Virus record (IMG/VR): IMGVR_UViG_2671180577_000029
Reading direction: 5' to 3' (one strand)
Length of the DNA stretch: 23,771 bases
DNA from: a virus
Lineage: Duplodnaviria; Heunggongvirae; Uroviricota; Caudoviricetes
Shown here: positions 8,879-17,988 of the stretch, piece by piece
Position numbering within the stretch: position 1 is the stretch's first letter
How the letters are laid out: every line of letters begins with the position of its first letter
Notes under the pieces: generated by a model
Seen by the model: the letters and a program-made list of their open reading frames with translations, nothing else
Database searches by the model: none
Told to the model about the DNA's origin: nothing
Position numbers and translations under genes: made by a program

Positions 8879-9159
8879 TACGGTTTCCCCCTGCCCTTAA
8901 AGCGGCGCTGAATGGCAATCTCAATCACCTGATAACCGGCGATACCCAGCATGGAGCCGATGCCGCACACCGCAGGCAGTGACAGGTCAGGAAACTGCAC
9001 CAGAACAACACCGGCAACCATCGAGACAAAACCACCGAGCAACATGCGCCCGATAAACAGACGCGGGGTGATGGGTTCACCACCGGCAAGCACCTTGCCG
9101 ACAACAATCAGCACCCCAATCATGAAAAGCGACAGGACGCTTTTTTCTTCTGCTGTCAT
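8878..9159 (-). CDS. Y: Holin (P2 gpY-like)
   Basis: 93-aa ORF with transmembrane segments and a charged C-terminus (RRFKGRGKP); P2 Y position and length. Confidence 0.9.
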   Translation of the reverse strand: MTAEEKSVLSLFMIGVLIVVGKVLAGGEPITPRLFIGRMLLGGFVSMVAGVVLVQFPDLSLPAVCGIGSMLGIAGYQVIEIAIQRRFKGRGKP

Positions 9160-9162
9160 GCG

Positions 9163-9366
9163 TTACTCCCACAGATTGACAGTTTCAGCCACGGGCGCGG
9201 TCTGAACGTCGGGCAGTTCGACGGCGGTGCCGTGTGGCAGCACCGCACCCAGTTCAGCCAGTCCCGGATTTGCGGCGAGCACGGTCTCAACCACGCCCTC
9301 AGTGCGCCCGTAATACCGGACACAAATGGCGTCGAGCGTGTCGCCCTGTAGCGCAAAGGTCTTCAT
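9163..9366 (-). CDS. X: Tail protein X (P2 gpX-like)
   Basis: Start set at the internal ATG 9366..9364 (MKTFALQGDTLDAICVRYYG), giving 67 aa as in P2 gpX; the ORF-track start at 9435 would overlap L. Confidence 0.85.
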   Translation of the reverse strand: MKTFALQGDTLDAICVRYYGRTEGVVETVLAANPGLAELGAVLPHGTAVELPDVQTAPVAETVNLWE

Positions 9367-9875
9367 CAGATTTGACTCACGATGCAGCGCGGCTTGTCCT
9401 GGATACGCGCCACCGCCCAGCGCATATCCCGCCACAGTTCATCAATGGTGCTGTCAATGCTGTCAGCCTTCTTGTCGCCTTTCGCACTGGCATCCACGCC
9501 GCGATAACGCTCATAAAGCGACGCGGTCGCCATCGCACACACGGCGCGCTCGTAGTAAAAAACTTTGATGCTTTCACCGTCGATATCGTCCGCCGGGACG
9601 TCCGCCAGACGCGTAAAACCGGCGGCAATTTTCTGTTCGCGGTACTCGTACAGCTCCGCATTCGTCTCCGCCATGCCTGACTTGATGGCCTCACGCAGAC
9701 GAGCGGGGGCGACGGTCTGCTCAAGGCGCATACGTTCCCGGACGCGCTTCGGGTCGATATCGGGGAAAAAGAACGTGTTTTTAATCACCGGCTCGTCGCC
9801 TGCCGGTTGCGGGATGACCACCGTACCCTCACCGGACACGGGAGCCTCCTTTCGCGGAATAATCAGCGTCATCAT
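9366..9875 (-). CDS. L: Head completion/stabilisation protein L (P2 gpL-like)
   Basis: Start set at ATG 9875..9873 (MMTLIIPRKEAPVSGEG) with AGAGG 5 nt upstream, giving 169 aa as in P2 gpL. Confidence 0.88.
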   Translation of the reverse strand: MMTLIIPRKEAPVSGEGTVVIPQPAGDEPVIKNTFFFPDIDPKRVRERMRLEQTVAPARLREAIKSGMAETNAELYEYREQKIAAGFTRLADVPADDIDGESIKVFYYERAVCAMATASLYERYRGVDASAKGDKKADSIDSTIDELWRDMRWAVARIQDKPRCIVSQI

Positions 9876-9974
9876 GACTACCTCTGAAAAGTCGGGCGGT
9901 GGACGCCGGTGCAGTGTCAGGTGATTCACCCTCACTGACCGGCGTGCCGCCCTGGCGCGGGGCGCATTCGGTTG

Positions 9975-10718
9975 TTAACTGGCTTTCTTTTTCGGGCGTC
10001 CACGTTTTGCCGGTGCCACGCTCCGGGTCTTACGCGGGGCGCGGGTGGCCGCTTTTGGCTGCGGCTCCGGCTTCGGTTTCAGTTCCCGCTCCAGTCGTTC
10101 AATCTCTTTTTTGACGCCTGCCTGACAGTCGAGCTGTGTCGCACGTTGCAGGTGCGCCAGCGCACCGGCGGCATCACCACCGTCACGCAGAAACAGACCG
10201 GTAATTTTGTGCAGCTTTGCGCGCACTTCATCAGGCATGTCAGCCGTGGCGGTCAGTTCAAGGGTCTCCGTCAGCAGGCGGGTATCCACAGACTCACCGG
10301 CAGCGTGAGCGCGCATGGCCGCAAGCGCTACCTCCTCGGTGAACATGTACGGCGGGGTACGGCGGTGTTTACCCGGCATGGTCAGACCGTACTTCAGGGC
10401 ATAACGGGCAATCTCCAGCGCACCGGCAATATCGCCGGTATCCAGACGCCACAGCATGACCGTCATCAGAATGTCATCCTGTGCACCTTTGCCCTGCTCC
10501 AGCACGCCGTTCACCCACGGCAACCAGAACGGCAGCAGTTCGCGTTTTTTCGCGGCCTTCAGCTCTTTTGAATAAATCGCTTTCAGTGTGCGCTGGTCTG
10601 CGGCGAGCTTAACCAGCATCTGCTCATAGACAGTTGCATGTCGCAGCGGGGCGGCTTCCCGCTGCGCGGTCATCGCTGCCGAGACCCGCATCATGTGGCG
10701 CTGTGCGGGACTCGTCAT
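9975..10718 (-). CDS. M: Terminase endonuclease (small) subunit M
   Basis: 247-aa ORF beginning MTSPAQRHMMRVSAAMTAQREAAPLRH; same length as P2 gpM; basic Lys/Arg-rich C-terminus. Confidence 0.9.
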   Translation of the reverse strand: MTSPAQRHMMRVSAAMTAQREAAPLRHATVYEQMLVKLAADQRTLKAIYSKELKAAKKRELLPFWLPWVNGVLEQGKGAQDDILMTVMLWRLDTGDIAGALEIARYALKYGLTMPGKHRRTPPYMFTEEVALAAMRAHAAGESVDTRLLTETLELTATADMPDEVRAKLHKITGLFLRDGGDAAGALAHLQRATQLDCQAGVKKEIERLERELKPKPEPQPKAATRAPRKTRSVAPAKRGRPKKKAS

Positions 10719-10721
10719 CGG

Positions 10722-11795
10722 TTACGCTCCCGGCTCTGCGGTCGCCTTAGCCGGTGTGGAGAAATCACCGACCTTAATTTTTTCCACCAGACAACCGGCG
10801 GCGTAGTCTTCCACCACGTAATCAATGTTCATTGACTCGTAGTTCTCCACTCGGTCGAGTTTCGGGTTTTCCTCAATCACGCGGCGATGGCTGTCATCCA
10901 TGTAGTAGATGGACAGGTTTTCCAGCTTCGTGATGAGCATCGCATCCGCCGGGAAGTACGGGACGCGTACCGCCGGCAGGTTACCGATGCGTTTCTGGCT
11001 GATGATGACGTCAGCGGCCAGCATTTCGCTGTTGTCCTGCTCCTTGTTGACGATGGGGAAATATTTGTCCGCCAGCAGCTGACGCCCCACAATCACCACA
11101 AGGTCAGGGTCTTCCTGATACCACGGCTCAATCAGGTTGTTGGTCGCATCCATCACCAGTGCATCGAGGCTGGCATAATCACCGCTCTTACCCACGCGGA
11201 TGACCTCAGAGGTGGTGTGCCCTTCCTCGTCAGTGACCTTGCTCATCACGCGCGCCGGGGCTTCATTGCGGTATTTCTGCAGCCAGCCGACCGCCACATC
11301 CTGCAGCATCGGATTGCTGCTGCGGTCAGAGGTTTCGGCACGCCTCACGCCGTTAAAACCGGCCATGATGAAATCAAGGGACTGGCGTTTGATAATGGCG
11401 TTACGGACACGGAGCTGGAAATCCTGATAACGCGCCCACAGGTCCAGCGTTTTGTAGCGGATATAAAAATCGAAGTTAATCTGGTCGCATTCGTACTTGT
11501 TTGACGCCAGCTTCGAGAAGTCCTTCGGCTGACGCTCGGTGCCACCGGCGGTGTCGGTGGTGCTGGCGATGGAGCCGGTGACACCGATGCCAATTTTTTC
11601 CCCTTTCATTTCGCTGACCGGCACAATGTTGATGCGGGTCAGAAAGTCAGAGGACTCCTGCATGGTGTTCATCAGGGTCTGGGTGACCGACGGTTCAACG
11701 GTGAATTTTTTCGACACATCACCGGCGTCGATGCCGTTCAGTTCGGCAACACGGGACAGGTAAGCATTAAATTTAAAGCGGGTTTCCTGGCGCAT
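10722..11795 (-). CDS. N: Major capsid protein N
   Basis: 357-aa ORF, same length as P2 gpN, beginning MRQETRFKFNAYLSRVAELNG. Confidence 0.92.
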   Translation of the reverse strand: MRQETRFKFNAYLSRVAELNGIDAGDVSKKFTVEPSVTQTLMNTMQESSDFLTRINIVPVSEMKGEKIGIGVTGSIASTTDTAGGTERQPKDFSKLASNKYECDQINFDFYIRYKTLDLWARYQDFQLRVRNAIIKRQSLDFIMAGFNGVRRAETSDRSSNPMLQDVAVGWLQKYRNEAPARVMSKVTDEEGHTTSEVIRVGKSGDYASLDALVMDATNNLIEPWYQEDPDLVVIVGRQLLADKYFPIVNKEQDNSEMLAADVIISQKRIGNLPAVRVPYFPADAMLITKLENLSIYYMDDSHRRVIEENPKLDRVENYESMNIDYVVEDYAAGCLVEKIKVGDFSTPAKATAEPGA

Positions 11796-11853
11796 AGTTT
11801 TTCCTGAAATTAAGGGTTAATCGTGAAGGTTTTCCCGGACTGACTGACGCCGG

Positions 11854-12708
11854 TCAGCAGTTCGTCATCAGGGCGTCACCGCCACCACCGGTGGCCTTGC
11901 TGCGGCGCTGCTGGGTCAGACTTTCGGTGTGGTCGAGACTGTTTTTCAGGCGGGTGAATGCCTGGCTGGTTTCATCCGCCCTGTCAGTCACCTCCTGCTT
12001 AAGTGCGGAAAAGGCGGTTTCCATCTCAGAGAGGCGCTGCTCAGTGGCGCTCAGTTTTTCCTGCACATGTTCAGCAACAGCGGTCACCGCTTCATGCACG
12101 TCATTCAGACGGGCGTCATCGCTGGCCTGTTTGCGGCCAAAAATGGATTTCACCTTTTCGGTCAGGGCGGTGAACACGGTTTCAGGCAGGTCTTCAAATT
12201 CCAGCTCAACAGGCGTTGCCACTGAAATCAGGTTTTCAGGGCTTAATTTGAAGCGGTTCAGGGGGTTGTGTTTTGCCGTGCGGCAGAATTCCAGGTATTC
12301 CGTGCCGAGGCTTGCCGGGTCATCGGTGACGGCCAGCCCCACCAGATAACATTTGCCGGTATTGGCAAAGTTCGGCTGAATTTCCATTGAGGTGTAGACT
12401 TTCTGCGCGGCCTTGTTCATCGCGATAAGGTCATCGGTCGGGGTGATTTTCGCAAACAGCGCCCATTTGCCTTTCAGCGCCGAATCGTCGTCAATCTTTT
12501 CGGCCTTCAGTTCGACCACATCGCCATAACGTTTAAAAATACCGTCAGGCAGGATGCCGCGCAGATGTTCCAGGTTAATGCGGCAACCGTAGACACGCGG
12601 GTCAAAGGTTTCAGCCATTTCCTGAATATCCTGCGCACTGATGACACGCCCGTCACAGGTGTCACCCTCAACGCCGATACGAAAGAATTTTGAGACTTTT
12701 TTTGCCAT
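11854..12708 (-). CDS. O: Capsid scaffolding protein O
   Basis: Start set at ATG 12708..12706 (MAKKVSKFFRIGVEGDTCDGR), giving 284 aa as in P2 gpO; the longer ORF-track start at 12774 is not supported. Confidence 0.88.
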   Translation of the reverse strand: MAKKVSKFFRIGVEGDTCDGRVISAQDIQEMAETFDPRVYGCRINLEHLRGILPDGIFKRYGDVVELKAEKIDDDSALKGKWALFAKITPTDDLIAMNKAAQKVYTSMEIQPNFANTGKCYLVGLAVTDDPASLGTEYLEFCRTAKHNPLNRFKLSPENLISVATPVELEFEDLPETVFTALTEKVKSIFGRKQASDDARLNDVHEAVTAVAEHVQEKLSATEQRLSEMETAFSALKQEVTDRADETSQAFTRLKNSLDHTESLTQQRRSKATGGGGDALMTNC

Positions 12709-12881
12709 TGTCAGGAGTCCTGAATAGTGATTAGAGGAGTCACATGTCGGCATCAGTTTCCCGACGATACGCATCCTCCGCCATCAGTCCCGGATGGCTT
12801 ATCACTGACACAACAGCACCTTAGCGAATCGCGGGGCGCGACTCAGTAGCCTTGCCGTGTATTCATCACGGCGAGGTATTC
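12709..12881. promoter_or_regulatory. Divergent late-promoter region between O (minus) and P (plus)
   Basis: 173-bp non-coding spacer between divergently oriented operons, as for the P2 late promoters PO and PP. I could not find a canonical TGT-N12-ACA activator dyad here, so elements are not mapped. Confidence 0.4.
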
Positions 12882-14654
12882 ATGACCATCACCACAGACA
12901 CCACTCTTTTACACGACCCGCGTCGTCAGGCGGCGCTGCTGTACTGGCAGGGGTTTTCCGTGCCGCAGATTGCCGCCATGTTGCAGATGAAACGCCCGAC
13001 GGTGCAGAGCTGGAAACAGCGCGACGGCTGGGACAGCGTTGCCCCCATCAGCCGTGTCGAAATGAGTCTGGAAGCGCGGCTGACCCAGCTCATCATCAAA
13101 CCGCAGAAAACCGGCGGTGACTTCAAGGAAATTGACCTGCTAGGACGCCAGATTGAACGACTGGCACGGGTCAACCGCTACAGTCAGACCGGCAACGAGG
13201 CAGACCTTAATCCGAACGTCGCTAACCGCAACAAAGGCGGGCGTCGCAAACCGAAAAAGAATTTTTTCAGTGACGAGGCCATCGAAAAGCTGGAGCAGAT
13301 TTTCTTTGAGCAGTCTTTCGACTATCAGTTGCACTGGTATCGCGCCGGGCTTGAGCACCGCATCCGCGATATCCTGAAATCCCGCCAGATTGGCGCAACG
13401 TTTTATTTTTCCCGCGAGGCGCTGCTGCGCGCCCTGAAAACCGGCCATAACCAGATTTTTCTGTCGGCCAGTAAAACGCAGGCGTATGTGTTCCGTGAAT
13501 ACATCATCGCCTTTGCCCGGCTGGTTGACGTTGACCTGACCGGTGACCCGATTGTCCTGGGCAATAACGGCGCAAAACTGATTTTTCTCGGCACCAACTC
13601 CAACACCGCACAGAGCCATAACGGCGACCTGTACGTCGACGAGATTTTCTGGATCCCGAATTTTCAGGTACTGCGTAAGGTGGCATCAGGTATGGCCTCA
13701 CAGAGTCACCTGCGTTCGACCTATTTCTCCACCCCGTCCACGCTGGCGCACGACGCCTACCCGTTCTGGTCGGGTGAACTGTTTAACCGGGGACGCGCCA
13801 GCGCCGCCGAACGCGTGGAAATCGACGTCAGTCATAACGCCCTTGCCGGTGGACTTCTCTGTGCGGACGGCCAGTGGCGGCAGATTGTCACCATTGAGGA
13901 CGCCCTGAAAGGCGGCTGCACGCTGTTCGACATTGAGCAGCTCAAACGCGAAAACAGCGCCGACGATTTTAAAAACCTGTTCATGTGTGAATTTGTTGAC
14001 GACAAGGCGTCGGTGTTCCCGTTCGAGGAGCTGCAACGCTGCATGGTCGACACGCTGGAAGAATGGGAAGACTATGCGCCGTTTGCCGCGAATCCGTTCG
14101 GCTCCCGCCCGGTATGGATTGGTTACGACCCGTCACACCGTGGCGACAGCGCCGGATGCGTGGTACTGGCACCGCCGGTGGTGGCCGGTGGCAAATTCAG
14201 AATACTTGAGCGTCACCAGTGGAAAGGCATGGACTTTGCCACTCAGGCTGAATCCATCCGCAAACTCACCGAGAAATACAACGTCGAATACATCGGTATT
14301 GATGCCACCGGCCTCGGTGTCGGCGTGTTCCAGCTCGTGCGCTCGTTCTATCCCGCCGCACGCGACATCCGCTACACGCCGGAAATGAAAACCGCAATGG
14401 TGCTCAAGGCCAAAGACGTTATCCGCCGTGGCTGTCTGGAATATGACGTCAGCGCCACCGACATCACCAGCTCGTTTATGGCTATCCGCAAGACCATGAC
14501 CAGCAGCGGACGCAGTGCCACCTATGAGGCCAGCCGCAGCGAGGAAGCCAGCCACGCCGACCTCGCCTGGGCGACCATGCACGCCCTGTTAAATGAGCCA
14601 CTCACCGCCGGTATCAGCACCCCGCTGACATCCACCATTCTGGAGTTTTACTGA
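12882..14654 (+). CDS. P: Terminase ATPase (large) subunit P
   Basis: Start set at ATG 12882 (MTITTDTTLLHDPRRQAALLY) with GAGG 5 nt upstream, giving 590 aa as in P2 gpP. Confidence 0.92.
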   Translation: MTITTDTTLLHDPRRQAALLYWQGFSVPQIAAMLQMKRPTVQSWKQRDGWDSVAPISRVEMSLEARLTQLIIKPQKTGGDFKEIDLLGRQIERLARVNRYSQTGNEADLNPNVANRNKGGRRKPKKNFFSDEAIEKLEQIFFEQSFDYQLHWYRAGLEHRIRDILKSRQIGATFYFSREALLRALKTGHNQIFLSASKTQAYVFREYIIAFARLVDVDLTGDPIVLGNNGAKLIFLGTNSNTAQSHNGDLYVDEIFWIPNFQVLRKVASGMASQSHLRSTYFSTPSTLAHDAYPFWSGELFNRGRASAAERVEIDVSHNALAGGLLCADGQWRQIVTIEDALKGGCTLFDIEQLKRENSADDFKNLFMCEFVDDKASVFPFEELQRCMVDTLEEWEDYAPFAANPFGSRPVWIGYDPSHRGDSAGCVVLAPPVVAGGKFRILERHQWKGMDFATQAESIRKLTEKYNVEYIGIDATGLGVGVFQLVRSFYPAARDIRYTPEMKTAMVLKAKDVIRRGCLEYDVSATDITSSFMAIRKTMTSSGRSATYEASRSEEASHADLAWATMHALLNEPLTAGISTPLTSTILEFY

Positions 14655-15688
14655 TGAGCAAGAAAAAAGGGAAAACACCGCAACCTGCGGCAAAAAAAAT
14701 GACCGCCAGCGCCCCGAAAATGGAAGCATTCACCTTTGGTGAGCCGGTGCCGGTACTCGACCGCCGTGACATTCTGGATTACGTCGAGTGCATCAGTAAC
14801 GGCAGATGGTATGAGCCACCGGTCAGCTTTACTGGTCTGGCAAAAAGCCTGCGTGCTGCCGTGCATCACAGCTCACCAATTTACGTCAAACGCAATATTC
14901 TGGCCTCGACATTTATCCCGCATCCGTGGCTTTCTCAGCAGGATTTCAGCCGCTTTGTGCTGGATTTTCTGGTGTTCGGTAATGCGTTTCTGGAAAAGCG
15001 TTACAGCACTACCGGTAAGGTCATCAGACTGGAAACCTCACCGGCAAAATATACCCGCCGTGGGGTGGAGGAGGATGTTTACTGGTGGGTGCCGTCCTTC
15101 AACGAGCCGACACCTTTCACGCCCGGCTCCGTGTTTCACCTGCTGGAGCCGGATATTAATCAGGAGCTGTACGGCCTGCCGGAATATCTCAGCGCCCTTA
15201 ACTCTGCCTGGCTGAATGAGTCGGCCACGCTGTTCCGCCGCAAGTATTACGAAAACGGCGCACATGCCGGATACATCATGTACGTCACTGATGCCGTGCA
15301 GGATCGCAACGATATCGAAATGCTTCGCGAAAACATGGTTAAGTCGAAAGGCCGCAATAACTTTAAAAATCTGTTTCTCTATGCCCCACAGGGGAAAGCC
15401 GACGGCATTAAAATTATCCCGCTCAGTGAAGTGGCAACGAAGGACGATTTTTTTAATATCAAAAAAGCCAGCGCCGCTGACCTGCTGGACGCGCACCGCA
15501 TCCCCTTTCAGTTGATGGGGGGCAAGCCGGAGAACGTCGGGTCGCTGGGTGATATTGAGAAAGTGGCAAAGGTCTTTGTCCGCAATGAGCTTATCCCGTT
15601 ACAGGACAGGATCCGCGAGATAAACGGCTGGCTCGGTCAGGAGGTCATCCGCTTTAAAAACTACTCACTGGACACTGACAACGGCTGA
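14654..15688 (+). CDS. Q: Portal protein Q
   Basis: 344-aa ORF, same length as P2 gpQ; start overlaps the P stop (TGATG). Confidence 0.92.
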   Translation: MSKKKGKTPQPAAKKMTASAPKMEAFTFGEPVPVLDRRDILDYVECISNGRWYEPPVSFTGLAKSLRAAVHHSSPIYVKRNILASTFIPHPWLSQQDFSRFVLDFLVFGNAFLEKRYSTTGKVIRLETSPAKYTRRGVEEDVYWWVPSFNEPTPFTPGSVFHLLEPDINQELYGLPEYLSALNSAWLNESATLFRRKYYENGAHAGYIMYVTDAVQDRNDIEMLRENMVKSKGRNNFKNLFLYAPQGKADGIKIIPLSEVATKDDFFNIKKASAADLLDAHRIPFQLMGGKPENVGSLGDIEKVAKVFVRNELIPLQDRIREINGWLGQEVIRFKNYSLDTDNG

Positions 15689-15693
15689 ACATC

Positions 15694-15715
15694 GCCGCCT
15701 GCGGGCGGCTTTTTT
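15694..15715 (+). terminator. Rho-independent terminator after Q
   Basis: GCCGCC-tgcg-GGCGGC hairpin (15694..15709) followed by a run of six T (15710..15715). Confidence 0.7.
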
Positions 15716-15857
15716 ACAACCCGCCATCACGCCCTCACACGCTCACCACCGCACAAAACAGCCCGCAGACACACCAACGCCCCGGCTAACAATCTAAACG
15801 CCATCACGACGCGCTCAGACGCTGAAAAAATAAAATCAGCACCACCGCCAGCGCGCA

Positions 15858-15876
15858 GTGCTTTCCCCGCCTCGCC
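15858..15876. other. cos cohesive-end site (19 nt)
   Basis: Plus strand reads GTGCTTTCCCCGCCTCGCC, the reverse complement of the P2 19-nt cohesive end GGCGAGGCGGGGAAAGCAC (recalled from the literature, not looked up); it lies about 170 bp past Q, as at the P2 left end. Confidence 0.8.
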
Positions 15877-16037
15877 CGCCCGCTTCATGGGGTGTTTTTA
15901 ATGCAGGTGCAATACCGCTTTTGAGCCACGCCCGTTCTGGCGGACGCACGGCCGGAACATGCAACTCCGGCACATGCAAAACCATGCACATATTGCACGC
16001 AGAAAGATAAATGCCAAAATACCTAAATCAACTTCCA

Positions 16038-17876
16038 TTAATCAGTCAGATAAGGTTCAACTTTATCTTCCCATACACTAAATAAAGGCAAACAAGTTAA
16101 ATAAAAGATAAAGACACAGGCAAAAACTGAAGTTGGTTGATAACAATGATTTACAGTATACCTGCCATGAGCCATCGTGTGTCTAATTGCAGCACCACCT
16201 TTCATATTGAACAATAAATCCATAGTCAATACATGATCACTCCCCAAAATACCTTCCATTTCACTCTTATAATTTGCAAGCATTTGAGATAGACTAGTAG
16301 CCTCCTCAAAAAGTGACACATCTATTTTCGTTGTTTCTTTTCTTCTTAATTCTAAAATCCATCTAATTGAATTCTCCAACTGCGGCAACAACAAATAACA
16401 GGCAGACACATAATCCCCCTGCCAAAGCTTAAGAAATCCTAAAGAAAATATTTCCGCATACCCAGGAGGAACAAATAGACTTTGTTGTGAGATTGGGTCA
16501 AATGTATTCTCATTTAATGAATACCTAGACAACACTCTTTGCCTAACAACTTCAAACTCACCATAAACATAAAACTGATGCTCAATATTACTAGTTCTTA
16601 AATAATTTACACAGGCATCATCTAGACTTATATCCCCAGCAGAATCTAAAGGTGGTTGCCTTGCCACAACGCGTCCTCTGTCATCATAAAAAACCGTATC
16701 ACTCACATTAACAAAAAAATATCTCTTAGCATCAGAGCGAGCTCTTTCCATAATCTCACTGGCACTTACAACCTTAAATCTAGAGATTAATTTTTTAATT
16801 ATTTCTGAGAAATTTAATTGATTATAAATATGCTCTTTCTGAGCGATAACATCACTAAGATCCATTGGTATTGCAAAGGAATACATTTCATCATTGATTT
16901 GATCTCGAATAGAATTTAATTCCTCTTTAATCTCTTTAATCCTTTCACTCATTCCACCAATCGCTCTAAATTCCCCAAGAGCAACTCTTAGCCAATGAGC
17001 CTTCAATGTTGGAGATGAAGACTGTTCAAATTGAGCCAATGTTATTTCTGTCGCTTTCATTTTGCACCTTCTTCCTTGCTCTTCCATATCATTTTTAACA
17101 TATAATTCAGACGCAAAATAAAACAATTTTTTCACAGCATCAAAATAAGAAGCTCCACAATGCTCATCAGCTATCTTTTCTGCATTCTTAGCCAATTGTA
17201 AGGGGCACAATAAATTATTCTTATAAAGAATTTCAGAAATTCTTAAAACACCGATAAATATACTAGAATCTATTAATATATGATATAGCCTTAACGTCGA
17301 GTCAACTATCCCTCCTTGCAGTTGTTTTTTCCTGCCAATAAGCATGCGCGATATTGTAATACCTCTATCCAAGCAGTCAACAACATCAAAAACATGGATG
17401 TCACCTGATTCCTTTTTTTCTAACAAAGTATCACAAGCATCATTAATCATTAGAGCATATGACTCTATTGCTTTATTAGCAGAATCTATATCCTTACGGT
17501 TATTTATCCATAAAACATCACACACCCTAGATATAATATAAGGGTTATCAGTATTTTCTTTAATACAAGTTAATATGGTTAAATAATTATCCTTGTAATC
17601 TGAAGGTCTATAACCTCGCTTAGGATAGAGAATGATTTTAGACTCAAAGTCGATAATATCACCAGACTTAGAAAATTTTAAACTAAATAACGAACGTAAT
17701 AAATAGCAAACCCTCCAAGAACTCACATCTTTTTTTTGCTTATAAAATGACAACAACTGAAAAAAATAAGATTCCATTTCAAAATAAGAATGGCTTCTTG
17801 GTGGTAACAATATACTGGCGTACTCACTTTTTTTAAAATCATCAACTGAAATAGAAAAAACATCGAACTCGCTCAT
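16038..17876 (-). CDS. Hypothetical 612-aa cargo protein of unknown family in the tin/old accessory locus; candidate defense or lysogenic-conversion protein
   Basis: Long intact ORF with strongly AT-rich composition (about 30% GC in sampled 60-nt stretches) against GC-rich phage flanks. AAAGGTGAGGA precedes the ATG. No Walker A motif seen. C-terminal RHTMAH (R565-H570) resembles a HEPN Rx4-6H motif, but this is weak evidence. Confidence 0.75.
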   Translation of the reverse strand: MSEFDVFSISVDDFKKSEYASILLPPRSHSYFEMESYFFQLLSFYKQKKDVSSWRVCYLLRSLFSLKFSKSGDIIDFESKIILYPKRGYRPSDYKDNYLTILTCIKENTDNPYIISRVCDVLWINNRKDIDSANKAIESYALMINDACDTLLEKKESGDIHVFDVVDCLDRGITISRMLIGRKKQLQGGIVDSTLRLYHILIDSSIFIGVLRISEILYKNNLLCPLQLAKNAEKIADEHCGASYFDAVKKLFYFASELYVKNDMEEQGRRCKMKATEITLAQFEQSSSPTLKAHWLRVALGEFRAIGGMSERIKEIKEELNSIRDQINDEMYSFAIPMDLSDVIAQKEHIYNQLNFSEIIKKLISRFKVVSASEIMERARSDAKRYFFVNVSDTVFYDDRGRVVARQPPLDSAGDISLDDACVNYLRTSNIEHQFYVYGEFEVVRQRVLSRYSLNENTFDPISQQSLFVPPGYAEIFSLGFLKLWQGDYVSACYLLLPQLENSIRWILELRRKETTKIDVSLFEEATSLSQMLANYKSEMEGILGSDHVLTMDLLFNMKGGAAIRHTMAHGRYTVNHCYQPTSVFACVFIFYLTCLPLFSVWEDKVEPYLTD

Positions 17877-17988
17877 TCCTCACCTTTAAAGCACTTAACA
17901 AACAACCATGGCAAACAATACCAAACTGCAAGTAACAACTAAATATATACAGTACGAAACTATCTAAGATCTCGTGAATTTTTGCCAT
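17842..17988 (-). CDS. Possible small hydrophobic ORF (48 aa) between A and the cargo gene
   Basis: ATG 17988..17986 overlaps the A stop (TAATG). Translation MAKIHEILDSFVLYIFSCYLQFGIVCHGCLLSALKVRNERVRCFFYFS contains one hydrophobic stretch. It overlaps the cargo gene start by 35 nt, and its ATG sits inside a candidate -10 element, so it may not be a real gene. Confidence 0.2.
   Translation of the reverse strand: MAKIHEILDSFVLYIFSCYLQFGIVCHGCLLSALKVRNERVRCFFYFS

Noticed and set aside
9972-10571. Long plus-strand ORFs antisense to confirmed phage genes (for example 9972..10571 against M, 10887..11504 against N, 6139..6663 against V/S, 11891..12349 against O, and minus-strand 13140..13619 and 14133..14582 against P)
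   Set aside because: They lie entirely within genes with clear P2 counterparts on the opposite strand, in GC-rich DNA where stop-free antisense frames are common, and none has a plausible start context.
12709-12881. Canonical TGT-N12-ACA late-activator dyads in the O-P divergent region
   Set aside because: Scanning every TGT in the spacer for ACA at the right offset gave no match at N12 or N10, so I did not annotate specific late-promoter elements.
16038-17876. Cargo protein as an OLD-family, reverse-transcriptase or second-HEPN protein
   Set aside because: No Walker A P-loop is visible; FYDD is not a YxDD RT motif; the mid-protein RTSNIEH Rx5H match is at chance level and was not counted as evidence.
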